Positions 16,823 to 25,506 of a stretch of 64,000 nt of DNA are shown here, one piece after another. The translations under genes and the position numbers were made by a program. Within the stretch, counting starts at the first letter, position 1; the number at the start of each line of letters is the position of its first letter. This DNA is from Mycobacterium sp. (lineage in GTDB: Bacteria > Actinomycetota > Actinomycetes > Mycobacteriales > Mycobacteriaceae), in contig JAFAID010000253.1 in the NCBI GenBank assembly GCA_019236925.1, positions 28,250-92,249 on the forward strand, written 5' to 3'. The notes beneath the pieces are model-generated. The model did not search any database. It worked only from the letters and a program-made list of their open reading frames with translations, and was not told the DNA's origin.

Positions 16823-18316
16823 ATGACTGAAACGCTCGACAAACCGCAGGTCGCTGGAAAGACGGTTCAGCAATACATCGACGAGCTGCCCCAATGGAGT
16901 GACGGCACGGTATTGCAGTCGATGCCGATGACCACCATGCAGTTCCGAATCTGGGCGCTGGCCTGCGCGGGCAAGTTCTTCGAGGGCATGGTCGTGTTCA
17001 TGACCGGGGTGGCCCTGCCGCTGATCTCGATCCAATTCCATTTGAACGCAGCCGACAAAGGCCTGGTTACCGCAGCCTCCCTGGCGGGCATCCTGGTCGG
17101 TGCCACGGCCCTCGGCGGTTTGGCGGACGCATACGGGCGCAAGTCGATGTTCATCGTGGAGATGATTATCTTCGCGGTGTTCTTGGTGGCGCTGACGTTC
17201 GCCCCCAACTTCATCACGCTGGTCATCTGTCTGTTCGGGGCCGGAATCGCGCTGGGCTGTGACTATCCGACCGCGCACATGGTGATCTCGGAGAGCATCG
17301 CGACCTCGATGCGCGGCCGGCTAGTGCTGAGCGCCTTCGCGTTCCAGGCCGTCGGAGCGTTCTTCGGCACAGCGTTGGGCTTCGGCATCCTGTATGCCAA
17401 CCCGAACTTGGACGCATGGCGGATGATGTACGCGGCGGCGATCGTGCCGGCGATCCTTGTCGTCATCGGGCGCTTGTACGTCACGGAGAGCCCGCACTGG
17501 CTGGTGTCGAAGGGCCGGACCGCGGACGGGGAGAAGGCCACCACCAAACTGCTCAAGCGCAACCCGCAGTATCCCAAGAGCGTGTCGTTGGGACACTTGG
17601 GCCACGTAGCCAAGGCCGCCGAAGGTCACGGGAGTTACCTGACACTGTTCAAGAAGAGAAACCGTCGCGCGACGATCCTGGCCTCGGTTCCATGGTTCCT
17701 GCAGGACCTGGGCGTCTACGGCATCGGTATCTTCACACCGACGATCCTGGCCGCCGTCATCGGCAAGGAGTCGAAGTCGCACGCGCTGTCCGACACCATC
17801 CACAACGACATCCTGGGCGCCAAGGGCTCAGCCATGATGGACGTGCTGTTCGTCTTGGGCATCATCGTCGCCATCTTGCTGGTGGACAGAGTCGGGCGTA
17901 TCAGATTGCAGATCGTGGGCTTCATCGGTGCCGCGATAGGTCTGCTTCTGGCCGGGCTGTCCATCCGCCCGGACGGCACCAACATCATGTGGTTGCTCTT
18001 CCTCGGTTTCCCGCTGTTCTACTTCATGGTCAACTTCGGGCCGAACGCCATGACCTATCTGCTGGCCGGCGAGGTCTTCCCCACCGAGGTCCGGGGTAAG
18101 GGCGCCGGCTTCGCCGCGTCCTTCGCAAAGATCGGGGCGGTTTTGACGGCGTTCCTGTTTCCCATCCTGCTCAAGACCATCGGCACCACTGCGCTGCTGT
18201 GGGGGCTGGTGGTGTGCTTCCTGCTGGGAGCCGCGGTGACCTACCTGTTCCGCATCGAGACCGCGGGCGTGAACCTGGAAGACGTCGGGAAGGAAGACGC
18301 TCCGGCCAAAGCGTGA
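16823..18316 (+). CDS. MFS transporter (sugar porter / phosphate:H+ symporter-like)
   Basis: ADAYGRK, GCDYPTAHMVISE, NFGPNAMTYLLAGEVFPT; multiple TM segments. Confidence 0.9.
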   Translation: MTETLDKPQVAGKTVQQYIDELPQWSDGTVLQSMPMTTMQFRIWALACAGKFFEGMVVFMTGVALPLISIQFHLNAADKGLVTAASLAGILVGATALGGLADAYGRKSMFIVEMIIFAVFLVALTFAPNFITLVICLFGAGIALGCDYPTAHMVISESIATSMRGRLVLSAFAFQAVGAFFGTALGFGILYANPNLDAWRMMYAAAIVPAILVVIGRLYVTESPHWLVSKGRTADGEKATTKLLKRNPQYPKSVSLGHLGHVAKAAEGHGSYLTLFKKRNRRATILASVPWFLQDLGVYGIGIFTPTILAAVIGKESKSHALSDTIHNDILGAKGSAMMDVLFVLGIIVAILLVDRVGRIRLQIVGFIGAAIGLLLAGLSIRPDGTNIMWLLFLGFPLFYFMVNFGPNAMTYLLAGEVFPTEVRGKGAGFAASFAKIGAVLTAFLFPILLKTIGTTALLWGLVVCFLLGAAVTYLFRIETAGVNLEDVGKEDAPAKA

Positions 18317-18402
18317 CCGCTGAGGCGGTGACGACGGCCATGCCGGGTTGCTGACGCTGTCGGCTAGCCTGCACCACCCGTCACCGTCCCTGGCCAAAGC
18401 GC

Positions 18403-18417
18403 GGTAACCTCATTCTC
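18403..18417. promoter_or_regulatory. Candidate TetR operator GGTAACCTCATTCTC
   Basis: 12/15 identical to the palindrome core at 19518-19532; lies just upstream of the TetR gene. Confidence 0.45.
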
Positions 18418-18450
18418 AGCGCGATGATCACGCGCGACGGAGGAGGCGGG

Positions 18451-19485
18451 ATGGCCACGGACGACGAAGCCGAACCGACGACGCGTGATGCGCGCTTCAT
18501 CAAAACCGCGGTGGAGATCCTTGGCGAGACCGGGCGGACCGACTTCACCGTGCAAGAAGTCGTCGCCCGCTCCAAGACGTCATTGCGCGCCTTCTACCAG
18601 CACTTCAGCAGCAAGGACGAGTTGCTGATCGCCCTGTTGGAGCGGACCATGGCGCAGTCGGCACAAGCCTGGCGCGCCGAAACCGACGGGCTGGACAGCA
18701 CGGCCGCGATCAAGCTGATCATCGACCGGATCAGCGCGGAGCCAGAGTCGAGCACCCAGGACAGCCTGAATCGGGCGATGAACCTCTACAACCAGCACTT
18801 GGCCGAAACCCGGCCCCGTGACTATGCCCGGGTGCTCTCCCCGCTGCACGAGCTGATCCGCGATGTCGTGCAGCGCGGCATCACCGAAGGGGTTTTCCGG
18901 CCCAACCTCGATGTCGGGCCCGCTGCGGCGATCGTCACGCAGACCATCTTGGGCGCCCTCCGATTGCATTGGCTGGGAGCCGAATTGACCGGTGCGCCCA
19001 TCGACTCTGCCCACCTGTACGACTTCTGCATCCGCGCCCTGGGCACGGACGACGGTGTGCAATTGGCGCCACCGACACTCAGTGAGTTGTTCAACCAGAT
19101 CGGAATGCGGCCGGGTGTCCACGATGGCGAATTCGCGATGACGATTCCGGTGAGCCCGCAGGTAGTCAACACGTCCGGCGCCCTGCAGGGTGGACTGATC
19201 GCCACGCTCGTCGACGTCGCGGGCGGACAGTTCGCGCTGGATTATTTGCAGCCGGGCACCACGATGACGACCGCCGACCTGTTCATCCGCTACCTGCGAC
19301 CGATCCGTCAAGGCTCTGCGTTCGCGGTGCCGCGGATGCTGCGCAGCGGGCGGCGCGCGATGGTGATGCAGATCGACGTGTACGGCAACGGTGACGGCGG
19401 CGAGGAGCTGCTCGCGACGGCGACGGTGAACTTCGCCGTCATCAACGGGGCGACCCCGAAGCTTCCCGACTGGCCATCTGCCTGA
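18451..19485 (+). CDS. TetR-family regulator fused to a PaaI/hotdog thioesterase domain
   Basis: HTH FTVQEVVARSKTSLRAFYQHFSSKDELL; C-terminal NTSGALQGGLIATLVD..RYLRP. Confidence 0.88.
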   Translation: MATDDEAEPTTRDARFIKTAVEILGETGRTDFTVQEVVARSKTSLRAFYQHFSSKDELLIALLERTMAQSAQAWRAETDGLDSTAAIKLIIDRISAEPESSTQDSLNRAMNLYNQHLAETRPRDYARVLSPLHELIRDVVQRGITEGVFRPNLDVGPAAAIVTQTILGALRLHWLGAELTGAPIDSAHLYDFCIRALGTDDGVQLAPPTLSELFNQIGMRPGVHDGEFAMTIPVSPQVVNTSGALQGGLIATLVDVAGGQFALDYLQPGTTMTTADLFIRYLRPIRQGSAFAVPRMLRSGRRAMVMQIDVYGNGDGGEELLATATVNFAVINGATPKLPDWPSA

Positions 19486-19515
19486 CCCGACCCGATTCCT
19501 GCTTGTTGCGCAGAA

Positions 19516-19534
19516 GTGGTAACGTCATTACCAC
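19516..19534. promoter_or_regulatory. Palindromic operator GTGGTAA-N5-TTACCAC
   Basis: Perfect 7-bp arms, about 33 nt upstream of the amidohydrolase start. Confidence 0.6.
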
Positions 19535-19567
19535 CCAGTGAGGATCCAGACTTTCAAGGAGATCGCC

Positions 19568-20773
19568 ATGCCGTCACGCGAGCTTTCCTTCCCGGTGTTC
19601 GACGCCGACAACCACATGTACGAACCGCAGGAAGCGCTGACCAAGTTCCTTCCGGAAAAGCGCAAGAACGTGATCGACTACGTGCAGGTTCGCGGCCGCA
19701 CCAAGATCGTGGTGCGCGGCCACATCAGCGAATACATCCCCAACCCGACCTTCGAGAAGGTGGCCCGTCCGGGCGCGCAGGAGGACTACTTCCGCCACGG
19801 CGCGCAGGGCAAAACTTACCGCGAGATCCTGGGCGAGCCGATGAAGGCCATCCCCGCCTTCCGTGAGCCCGCGCCGCGGCTGGAGGTCATGGACGAGCTC
19901 GGCATCGACTACGCGCTGATGTTCCCCACGCTGGCCAGCCTGGTCGAAGAGCGCATGAAGGACGACCCGGAGATGACCCACGACGTCATCCACGCGCTCA
20001 ACGAGTGGATGTATGAGACTTGGTCGTTCAACTACCAGGAGCGCATCTTCGCCACCCCGGTGATCACCCTGCCGATCGTCGAGCGCGCGCTCGAGGAATT
20101 GGAATGGTGCCTGGAGCGCGGCGCCCGAACTGTGCTGGTCCGCCCGGCACCGGTGCCCGGTTACCGGGGCAGCCGGTCCTTCGGTCTCGAGGAGTTCGAC
20201 CCGTTCTGGCAGGCCTGCATCAAAGCCGGCATCCCGGTCTCGATGCACGCCTCGGACAGCGGTTACTCCGAGTTCGCGAACGTGTGGGAGCCCGGCGACG
20301 AGTTCCTGCCGTTCAAGCCGACCGCCTTCCGCAGCTTCGCGATGGGCCATCGGCCGATCTTGGACGCGATGGGTGCGCTGGTGTGCCACGGCGCGCTGTC
20401 GCGCAACCCGGAGCTGCGGATCCTGTCGATCGAAAACGGCGCCGACTGGGTGCCGGACCTGTTCAAGGGCCTCAAGGGCGTCTACAAGAAGATGCCGCAA
20501 TCGTTCAGCGAGGACCCAATCGAGGCGTTCAAGCGCTGCGTGTACATCACCCCGTTCTGGGAGGATCGGTTCACCGAAATCGTCAAGATGGTCGGCACCG
20601 ACCGGGTGCTGTTCGGATCCGACTGGCCGCACCCCGAGGGCCTGAAGGACCCCATCTCCTTCGTCGATGAGCTCACCGACTTCGGGGAAGAGGACGTCGC
20701 CAAGATCATGGGGGGCAACCTGATGAAGCTGATGAAGGTCTCCAAGCCGGCCAAGAAACCAGTGTCAGCCTGA
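19568..20773 (+). CDS. Amidohydrolase-2 family protein
   Basis: FDADNH, SMHASD, IENG, FGSDWPHPEG. Confidence 0.92.
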   Translation: MPSRELSFPVFDADNHMYEPQEALTKFLPEKRKNVIDYVQVRGRTKIVVRGHISEYIPNPTFEKVARPGAQEDYFRHGAQGKTYREILGEPMKAIPAFREPAPRLEVMDELGIDYALMFPTLASLVEERMKDDPEMTHDVIHALNEWMYETWSFNYQERIFATPVITLPIVERALEELEWCLERGARTVLVRPAPVPGYRGSRSFGLEEFDPFWQACIKAGIPVSMHASDSGYSEFANVWEPGDEFLPFKPTAFRSFAMGHRPILDAMGALVCHGALSRNPELRILSIENGADWVPDLFKGLKGVYKKMPQSFSEDPIEAFKRCVYITPFWEDRFTEIVKMVGTDRVLFGSDWPHPEGLKDPISFVDELTDFGEEDVAKIMGGNLMKLMKVSKPAKKPVSA

Positions 20774-20835
20774 CTCGTCGGGCGTCGCCACCTCTACCAG
20801 CACGAAGGGTTTGCAGATTCACGGCTGAAGCACGG

Positions 20836-21204
20836 TCAGGCTTCCAGCCGCGCCCGCACAACGGTCAGTCGTTCCTCCAGCTCGGCCTCGTCGATGAGCC
20901 CGCGCCGTACCAGCGAATGCGCCAGCGCAACCAACCGGTTTTCCGGGTACGGCAGGCTGGAGTAGACCGTTGCCGACAGCGCGTCCTCCTCGTTACGCCG
21001 GTCGATGCTGAGTAACGCTGCGCCGCAGCTGCTTTGGTCAAGCGCGTCACAGATCCCATCGAGGCTGGTTTTCCACGGCGGCACAGGGTTGTCAACGCCG
21101 TACTTTGCCGCCATGCGGCCCCAGACCTGATTTCTTTCAACAATTTTCGCTAACGGCGCGATCGAGGGACCATCGGCCCGGTCCGGTTTCCCTGAGTTGC
21201 TCAC
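20836..21204 (-). CDS. Thiocyanate hydrolase / nitrile hydratase accessory (activator-like) protein
   Basis: NHase-beta-like PPWK..YSSLPYPEN..LVRRGLIDEAEL; directly downstream of scnC. Confidence 0.75.
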   Translation of the reverse strand: MSNSGKPDRADGPSIAPLAKIVERNQVWGRMAAKYGVDNPVPPWKTSLDGICDALDQSSCGAALLSIDRRNEEDALSATVYSSLPYPENRLVALAHSLVRRGLIDEAELEERLTVVRARLEA

Positions 21205-21219
21205 TGGTTACCCCGTCGC

Positions 21220-21924
21220 TTATTGGTTCGCTGGATGAATAGCCGGGCGGGTCTCGGTCACCGCGTTGGTGGTCACACCAACCTTCGGCAACGCGACACC
21301 GATCAGGCAGTCGCGCGTGATGATTTCGACCAGCTGGTCCTCGGTCCAGCCATCGGTTCCGTCGGGACGCACCGGCATCACCATGAAACGGTGCTTCTGG
21401 TTCGAGTCCTCCACCCGGATCTCGACATCCTCCGGCAGATATAGGCCGAACTCCGCGAGTACTTGTCGCGGCCAGCGCACTATGCGACGACGGAAGTTGG
21501 GCGTGCGGTACCACTCCGGTGAGTTGCCCAGGATCGGACGCGGATAGCAGGAGCACAGCGTGCACACAATGACGTGGTGCAGGGTTGGCGTGTCTTCGAG
21601 CACGTGGAACGCGGTGAAATCACTCGGTGTCCCGAAACCTGTGGGTTGCAACCAGTCGACACCAACTTCCTTACTGGCGGCCAGCGGATCCGCGAGGACC
21701 AGTTTTTTGAACTCAGGATCAATCCAGGCCCGGGCCACCAGATGCGCGGCAGGGGTTGGACCGATCTGTTCAGCGAACTCGGTGAAGTGGCGGTGCTCCT
21801 CAGCGGTGAAAATGCCCTTTTCGATGCATAACTCGCGAAGCGCGATCTCCAAGACTTCGAAGTCGGTGATCTCGTCCACCATGGGTGCGGCGGTGCGCTC
21901 GTGGTCATGATCGTCGGCGGTCAT
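21220..21924 (-). CDS. scnC: Thiocyanate hydrolase gamma subunit (Co-type nitrile hydratase alpha family)
   Basis: VCTLCSCYPRPILG cobalt motif; PMVDEITDFEVLE, PEWYR, DSNQK, TRDCLIGVA match remembered ScnC. Confidence 0.92.
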   Translation of the reverse strand: MTADDHDHERTAAPMVDEITDFEVLEIALRELCIEKGIFTAEEHRHFTEFAEQIGPTPAAHLVARAWIDPEFKKLVLADPLAASKEVGVDWLQPTGFGTPSDFTAFHVLEDTPTLHHVIVCTLCSCYPRPILGNSPEWYRTPNFRRRIVRWPRQVLAEFGLYLPEDVEIRVEDSNQKHRFMVMPVRPDGTDGWTEDQLVEIITRDCLIGVALPKVGVTTNAVTETRPAIHPANQ

Positions 21925-21979
21925 TGCTGAAGTCCTTTCAGAATGAGGTCAGTTGAACGACGGCTTGACTCGGACGCAG

Positions 21980-22819
21980 TCAGCCCGCCGCCGCGAGCCA
22001 TCGCTCCGGGATCTCGGTCTGCAGGGTGTCATTGCCAGGGCCGGTGTAGCCGTGCCACAACTCAGAAAGGTTGAACCGCACGATGTAGAACCATTCAGGT
22101 TTCATATCGGGGCCATCCCAGGTCTCGTCCTCGGCGGCAGGGCTTTCGTAGGAGACAACCGCGATCTCCCCCGTCGCGCCACGTACGTACTCTTGGGTGC
22201 GGGTGTAGAGCAGCACGGGAAGCTCTCGGACCACGACCCTGTCGCCGACCTTGAACTTCGGCTTGCCAGCTTGTCCGGCAAACACTTGTGGGTCGCCCTT
22301 GCCGACCGCGTGCGTGTGGTGCCGGTTGCGTGTAACCGTGGAAGGGTCACCTTCGAACTTGGGCTTGGCCGCCAAGGGCTTTCCCCGCAGTCCGCCCGCA
22401 TACCGTGCCTTGACCTCGGCCATGCGCTCGGCCAATTCACTTAGGCCGATGTGGTGTTTTTCGGCGAGCACGCGCGCGACGGCCAGCAGCCACCGCCCGT
22501 AGTAGGGCAGCCCCAGGTAGATGGTCCGGCCCAGGTCGACGTTGCCCATCCGGCGTCGTTCCTCGGACAACCAGATCCCACGCCAGCCGAGAACCTCACA
22601 CATGACGTAGGTGTTTTCTTCCCACATCTCGTACTGCTTGTTCTCGAACTCCGTGGGGGCGGCCGGCTCACCACCGACATCATGCGGGGTCTTGGTGTAG
22701 GCGGTGAATCGCTCGTGATCAATGAGATCGGGCGTGGGCGCGTCCGGAAGCTCCGGGTAGGAGGACTTAAGGCGCGCCACCAGTTCCAGATGTGCCGCTC
22801 GATCCAACGGAGTCGTCAT
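21980..22819 (-). CDS. scnB: Thiocyanate hydrolase fused beta-alpha subunit (ScnB-ScnA)
   Basis: ScnB-like PHDVGGE..EERRR..YLGLPYYGRW followed in one ORF by ScnA-like GDPQ..KFKVGDRV..YESPAAEDE..TEIPERWL. Confidence 0.88.
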   Translation of the reverse strand: MTTPLDRAAHLELVARLKSSYPELPDAPTPDLIDHERFTAYTKTPHDVGGEPAAPTEFENKQYEMWEENTYVMCEVLGWRGIWLSEERRRMGNVDLGRTIYLGLPYYGRWLLAVARVLAEKHHIGLSELAERMAEVKARYAGGLRGKPLAAKPKFEGDPSTVTRNRHHTHAVGKGDPQVFAGQAGKPKFKVGDRVVVRELPVLLYTRTQEYVRGATGEIAVVSYESPAAEDETWDGPDMKPEWFYIVRFNLSELWHGYTGPGNDTLQTEIPERWLAAAG

Positions 22820-22951
22820 AAGAGCTCCATTCGTTAGCACGATCTGGGCTGTAGGAGCGTCGAACGCCCTGAATACACTCCACTCCTACCGCGAACATCG
22901 TGCAACCGTTAAACGAATTCCGAGCAAGCGGCGTCCGGTAATGTCACCGGG

Positions 22952-23800
22952 ATGGAGCGGCGCGTTCGGGAAGCGGTCATTTATGAACGTGACCCGCCGA
23001 TTGCCCGGATCATCCTGAACCGCGTCGATAAGGCCAACACCAAAGATGCGACGCTGGTGCGCGAAGTCGACGAGTGTCTGCACGAGGCCGACCGCGACCG
23101 CGAGATCAAAGTGGTGATCCTCAAAGCCAACGGCAACGGCTTCTGCGCTGGGCACGTGGCCCGCTGGGGTCCCGACGAGAACCCGTACCCGGACTTCGGG
23201 GATACGTTCGAGGATCTCTACAAGGGCACCGCCGACCTGTTCTTGTGGCCGACGTTGTATCTGTGGGAGTTTCCCAAGCCGACGATCTCGCAGATTCACG
23301 GCTATTGCATGGGTGGTGGCATTTATCTGGGCCTGCTGACCGACTTCTGTGTGGCGTCCGAGGACGCGTATTTTCAGATGCCGCTCGCGCAAAGCCTCGG
23401 CGAACCCGGCGGGCACACCATGGTCGAGCCGTGGCTGCTGATGAATTGGCATCGCACGATGGACTGGCTGCTGCTGGCGCCGACACTGTCCGCATCCGAG
23501 GCGCTCGACTGGGGGCTGCTCAACAAGGTGGTGCCCCGCGAGGATCTCGAAGGCACCGTCGAGGAGATGGCTCGCAAGATCGCCCAGATCCCGCTCACCA
23601 CATTGATGGCGGTGAAGAACAACGTGAAGCGCGCCTACGAATTGATGGGAATGCGGGTGCACCTTCAGGTCAGCCATATCTTGACCAACATGGTCGGCGC
23701 GGCTTCCGACGTTCAGGCCCGTCGAGCTGAACTCATCCAATCCGGGTTAAAGCCAAGGGATTTCGTGGACCGCGACGAATCCGGGCCCGCGGGAGACTAG
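22952..23800 (+). CDS. Enoyl-CoA hydratase/crotonase-family protein
   Basis: ILNRVDKAN, GFCAGH, PKPTISQIHGYCMGGG. Confidence 0.9.
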   Translation: MERRVREAVIYERDPPIARIILNRVDKANTKDATLVREVDECLHEADRDREIKVVILKANGNGFCAGHVARWGPDENPYPDFGDTFEDLYKGTADLFLWPTLYLWEFPKPTISQIHGYCMGGGIYLGLLTDFCVASEDAYFQMPLAQSLGEPGGHTMVEPWLLMNWHRTMDWLLLAPTLSASEALDWGLLNKVVPREDLEGTVEEMARKIAQIPLTTLMAVKNNVKRAYELMGMRVHLQVSHILTNMVGAASDVQARRAELIQSGLKPRDFVDRDESGPAGD

Positions 23801-25506
23801 CAGCTCATCTGGCCGGCGACTTTGCGCCCCGCCGCATGCCGGGCGGCGACGTAACCGAACACCATCGAGCTGGCGATGCTCGCGCCCGCGCCCGGATAGG
23901 TGCGGCCCATCACGGTCGCGGTGGTGTTGCCGGTGGCGTACAGGCCGTCGATCACCTGGTCCTTCTCATCGAGAACCTGTGCGTATTCGTTGGTGATCAC
24001 GCCGCCGCACGTGCCGACGTCGGCCGGTAACACCCTCGTCGCGTAGAACGGCGCCCTGTCCAGCGGGCCGACGGCGGCGTTGGGCCGATACCCCGGATCA
24101 CCAAGGCAGTCGTTGTAGGCCGACTGCCCCCGACCGAAGTCGGGATCCAGGCCCTTGACAGCAAACTGATTGAAGCGCTGAATCGTGCGCGTCAGTTCGT
24201 CTGCGGGAACGTCGATCTGGCGTGCCAGGTCCTCGATACTGGCGGCGCGTTTCACCGCTCCGGACTCGATCAGCTCGGGCGGCAGCTGCTGGTTGCGTTG
24301 CCTAAACTTCAGTGGGTTGCTGCTGGTGACGTATCTGCGCACGTATCCGTCGTCGAAGATCAGCCAGCAGGGCACCGCTTTGTTGGCGTACATCGCCTTG
24401 CCGACCTCGACGTAGGAGTTCGACTCGTTGCAGAACCTCCTGCCCGTCGAATCCACATATATGGCGCCGGGCCGCTGGCGTCCCGAGCCCAGCGACGCAG
24501 CGGCGGCCCCGCCATTGGCGATGAAAACCGAAGGCAGCCACCACGCCTCGTCAAGCAGGTCGGTCTTTGCGCCCAGCCGCATCGCAGTCTGTAGTACTTC
24601 GCCGGTATCACCCGCGTTAGCGATCGACCATTTGGCCTCGTTGGGTTGGTCGCCGCTGTAACGCCGCCGCATCTCGGCGTTGTGCCCGAACCCGCCGGCA
24701 GCCAACAGGACTCCCTTGCGCGCCTCGACATTCACCGGTTTGCCGTCGCGCAGGATACGCGCACCGATCACTCGGCCGTCTTCCACGATGAGGTCGTCCA
24801 TCGCGGCGTTTATCCACAGCGGTGGCTGGCCGTCGCTGAGATCCATTAACGCTTTGAGCATCTGAGCGATCAGCGAGGCGCCGTTGGTGAGGATCTGGCG
24901 CCGGCGGGCCCGGGCCGCCGCGGTGCGCAGGAACACCTTGGTGGCGACCGCGAAGGCGCGTGGCGCACGGTTGAAGTACTGAACCGAACGAAGCTCGTTG
25001 GTCAGCACCACGTACCCGTAGTTCTTGGCCAGCGGCGGCTGTATCTTGTCACTCCAGCTGCCCAGCTCGGCGGCATCGAACGGAATTCCCTCCACCGCAC
25101 GGCCAACTTCGTTGCCGCCCTTATGGTTCGGGTAGTAATCGCTCCAGCCCGCACACCGGATCAGCTGGACGCCCTTGCGGAGCAGGAAATTGATCATCTC
25201 GTAGCCCGCGGTGAGGAACATTTCCCGGCGCTCCGGTGACGACGCCGCACCGATGTCGCCGACGACGTCGGCCAGGTAGGCAAGCCCATCCTCGTGCGAG
25301 TCCGCGATGCCGTCCGCGCGCATCAGCGGATTGTTCGGCATCCAGACGATGCCGCCGGACAGTCCGGTCGAGCCGCCAACCAGCCCTTGCTTTTCCACGA
25401 TCAGCGGCTCGAGCCCGCAGTCGAGGGCGGCCAGCCCGGCCACCATCCCGCCTCCCCCACTTCCCGCAATGAGCAGATCCACCGAGTGGTCCCATTGGGT
25501 GGTCAT
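23797..25506 (-). CDS. FAD-dependent 3-ketosteroid delta1-dehydrogenase-like oxidoreductase
   Basis: GSGGGG, GGSTGLSGG, GTCGG, GLYATGN, YPGAGASI. Confidence 0.88.
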   Translation of the reverse strand: MTTQWDHSVDLLIAGSGGGGMVAGLAALDCGLEPLIVEKQGLVGGSTGLSGGIVWMPNNPLMRADGIADSHEDGLAYLADVVGDIGAASSPERREMFLTAGYEMINFLLRKGVQLIRCAGWSDYYPNHKGGNEVGRAVEGIPFDAAELGSWSDKIQPPLAKNYGYVVLTNELRSVQYFNRAPRAFAVATKVFLRTAAARARRRQILTNGASLIAQMLKALMDLSDGQPPLWINAAMDDLIVEDGRVIGARILRDGKPVNVEARKGVLLAAGGFGHNAEMRRRYSGDQPNEAKWSIANAGDTGEVLQTAMRLGAKTDLLDEAWWLPSVFIANGGAAAASLGSGRQRPGAIYVDSTGRRFCNESNSYVEVGKAMYANKAVPCWLIFDDGYVRRYVTSSNPLKFRQRNQQLPPELIESGAVKRAASIEDLARQIDVPADELTRTIQRFNQFAVKGLDPDFGRGQSAYNDCLGDPGYRPNAAVGPLDRAPFYATRVLPADVGTCGGVITNEYAQVLDEKDQVIDGLYATGNTTATVMGRTYPGAGASIASSMVFGYVAARHAAGRKVAGQMSC

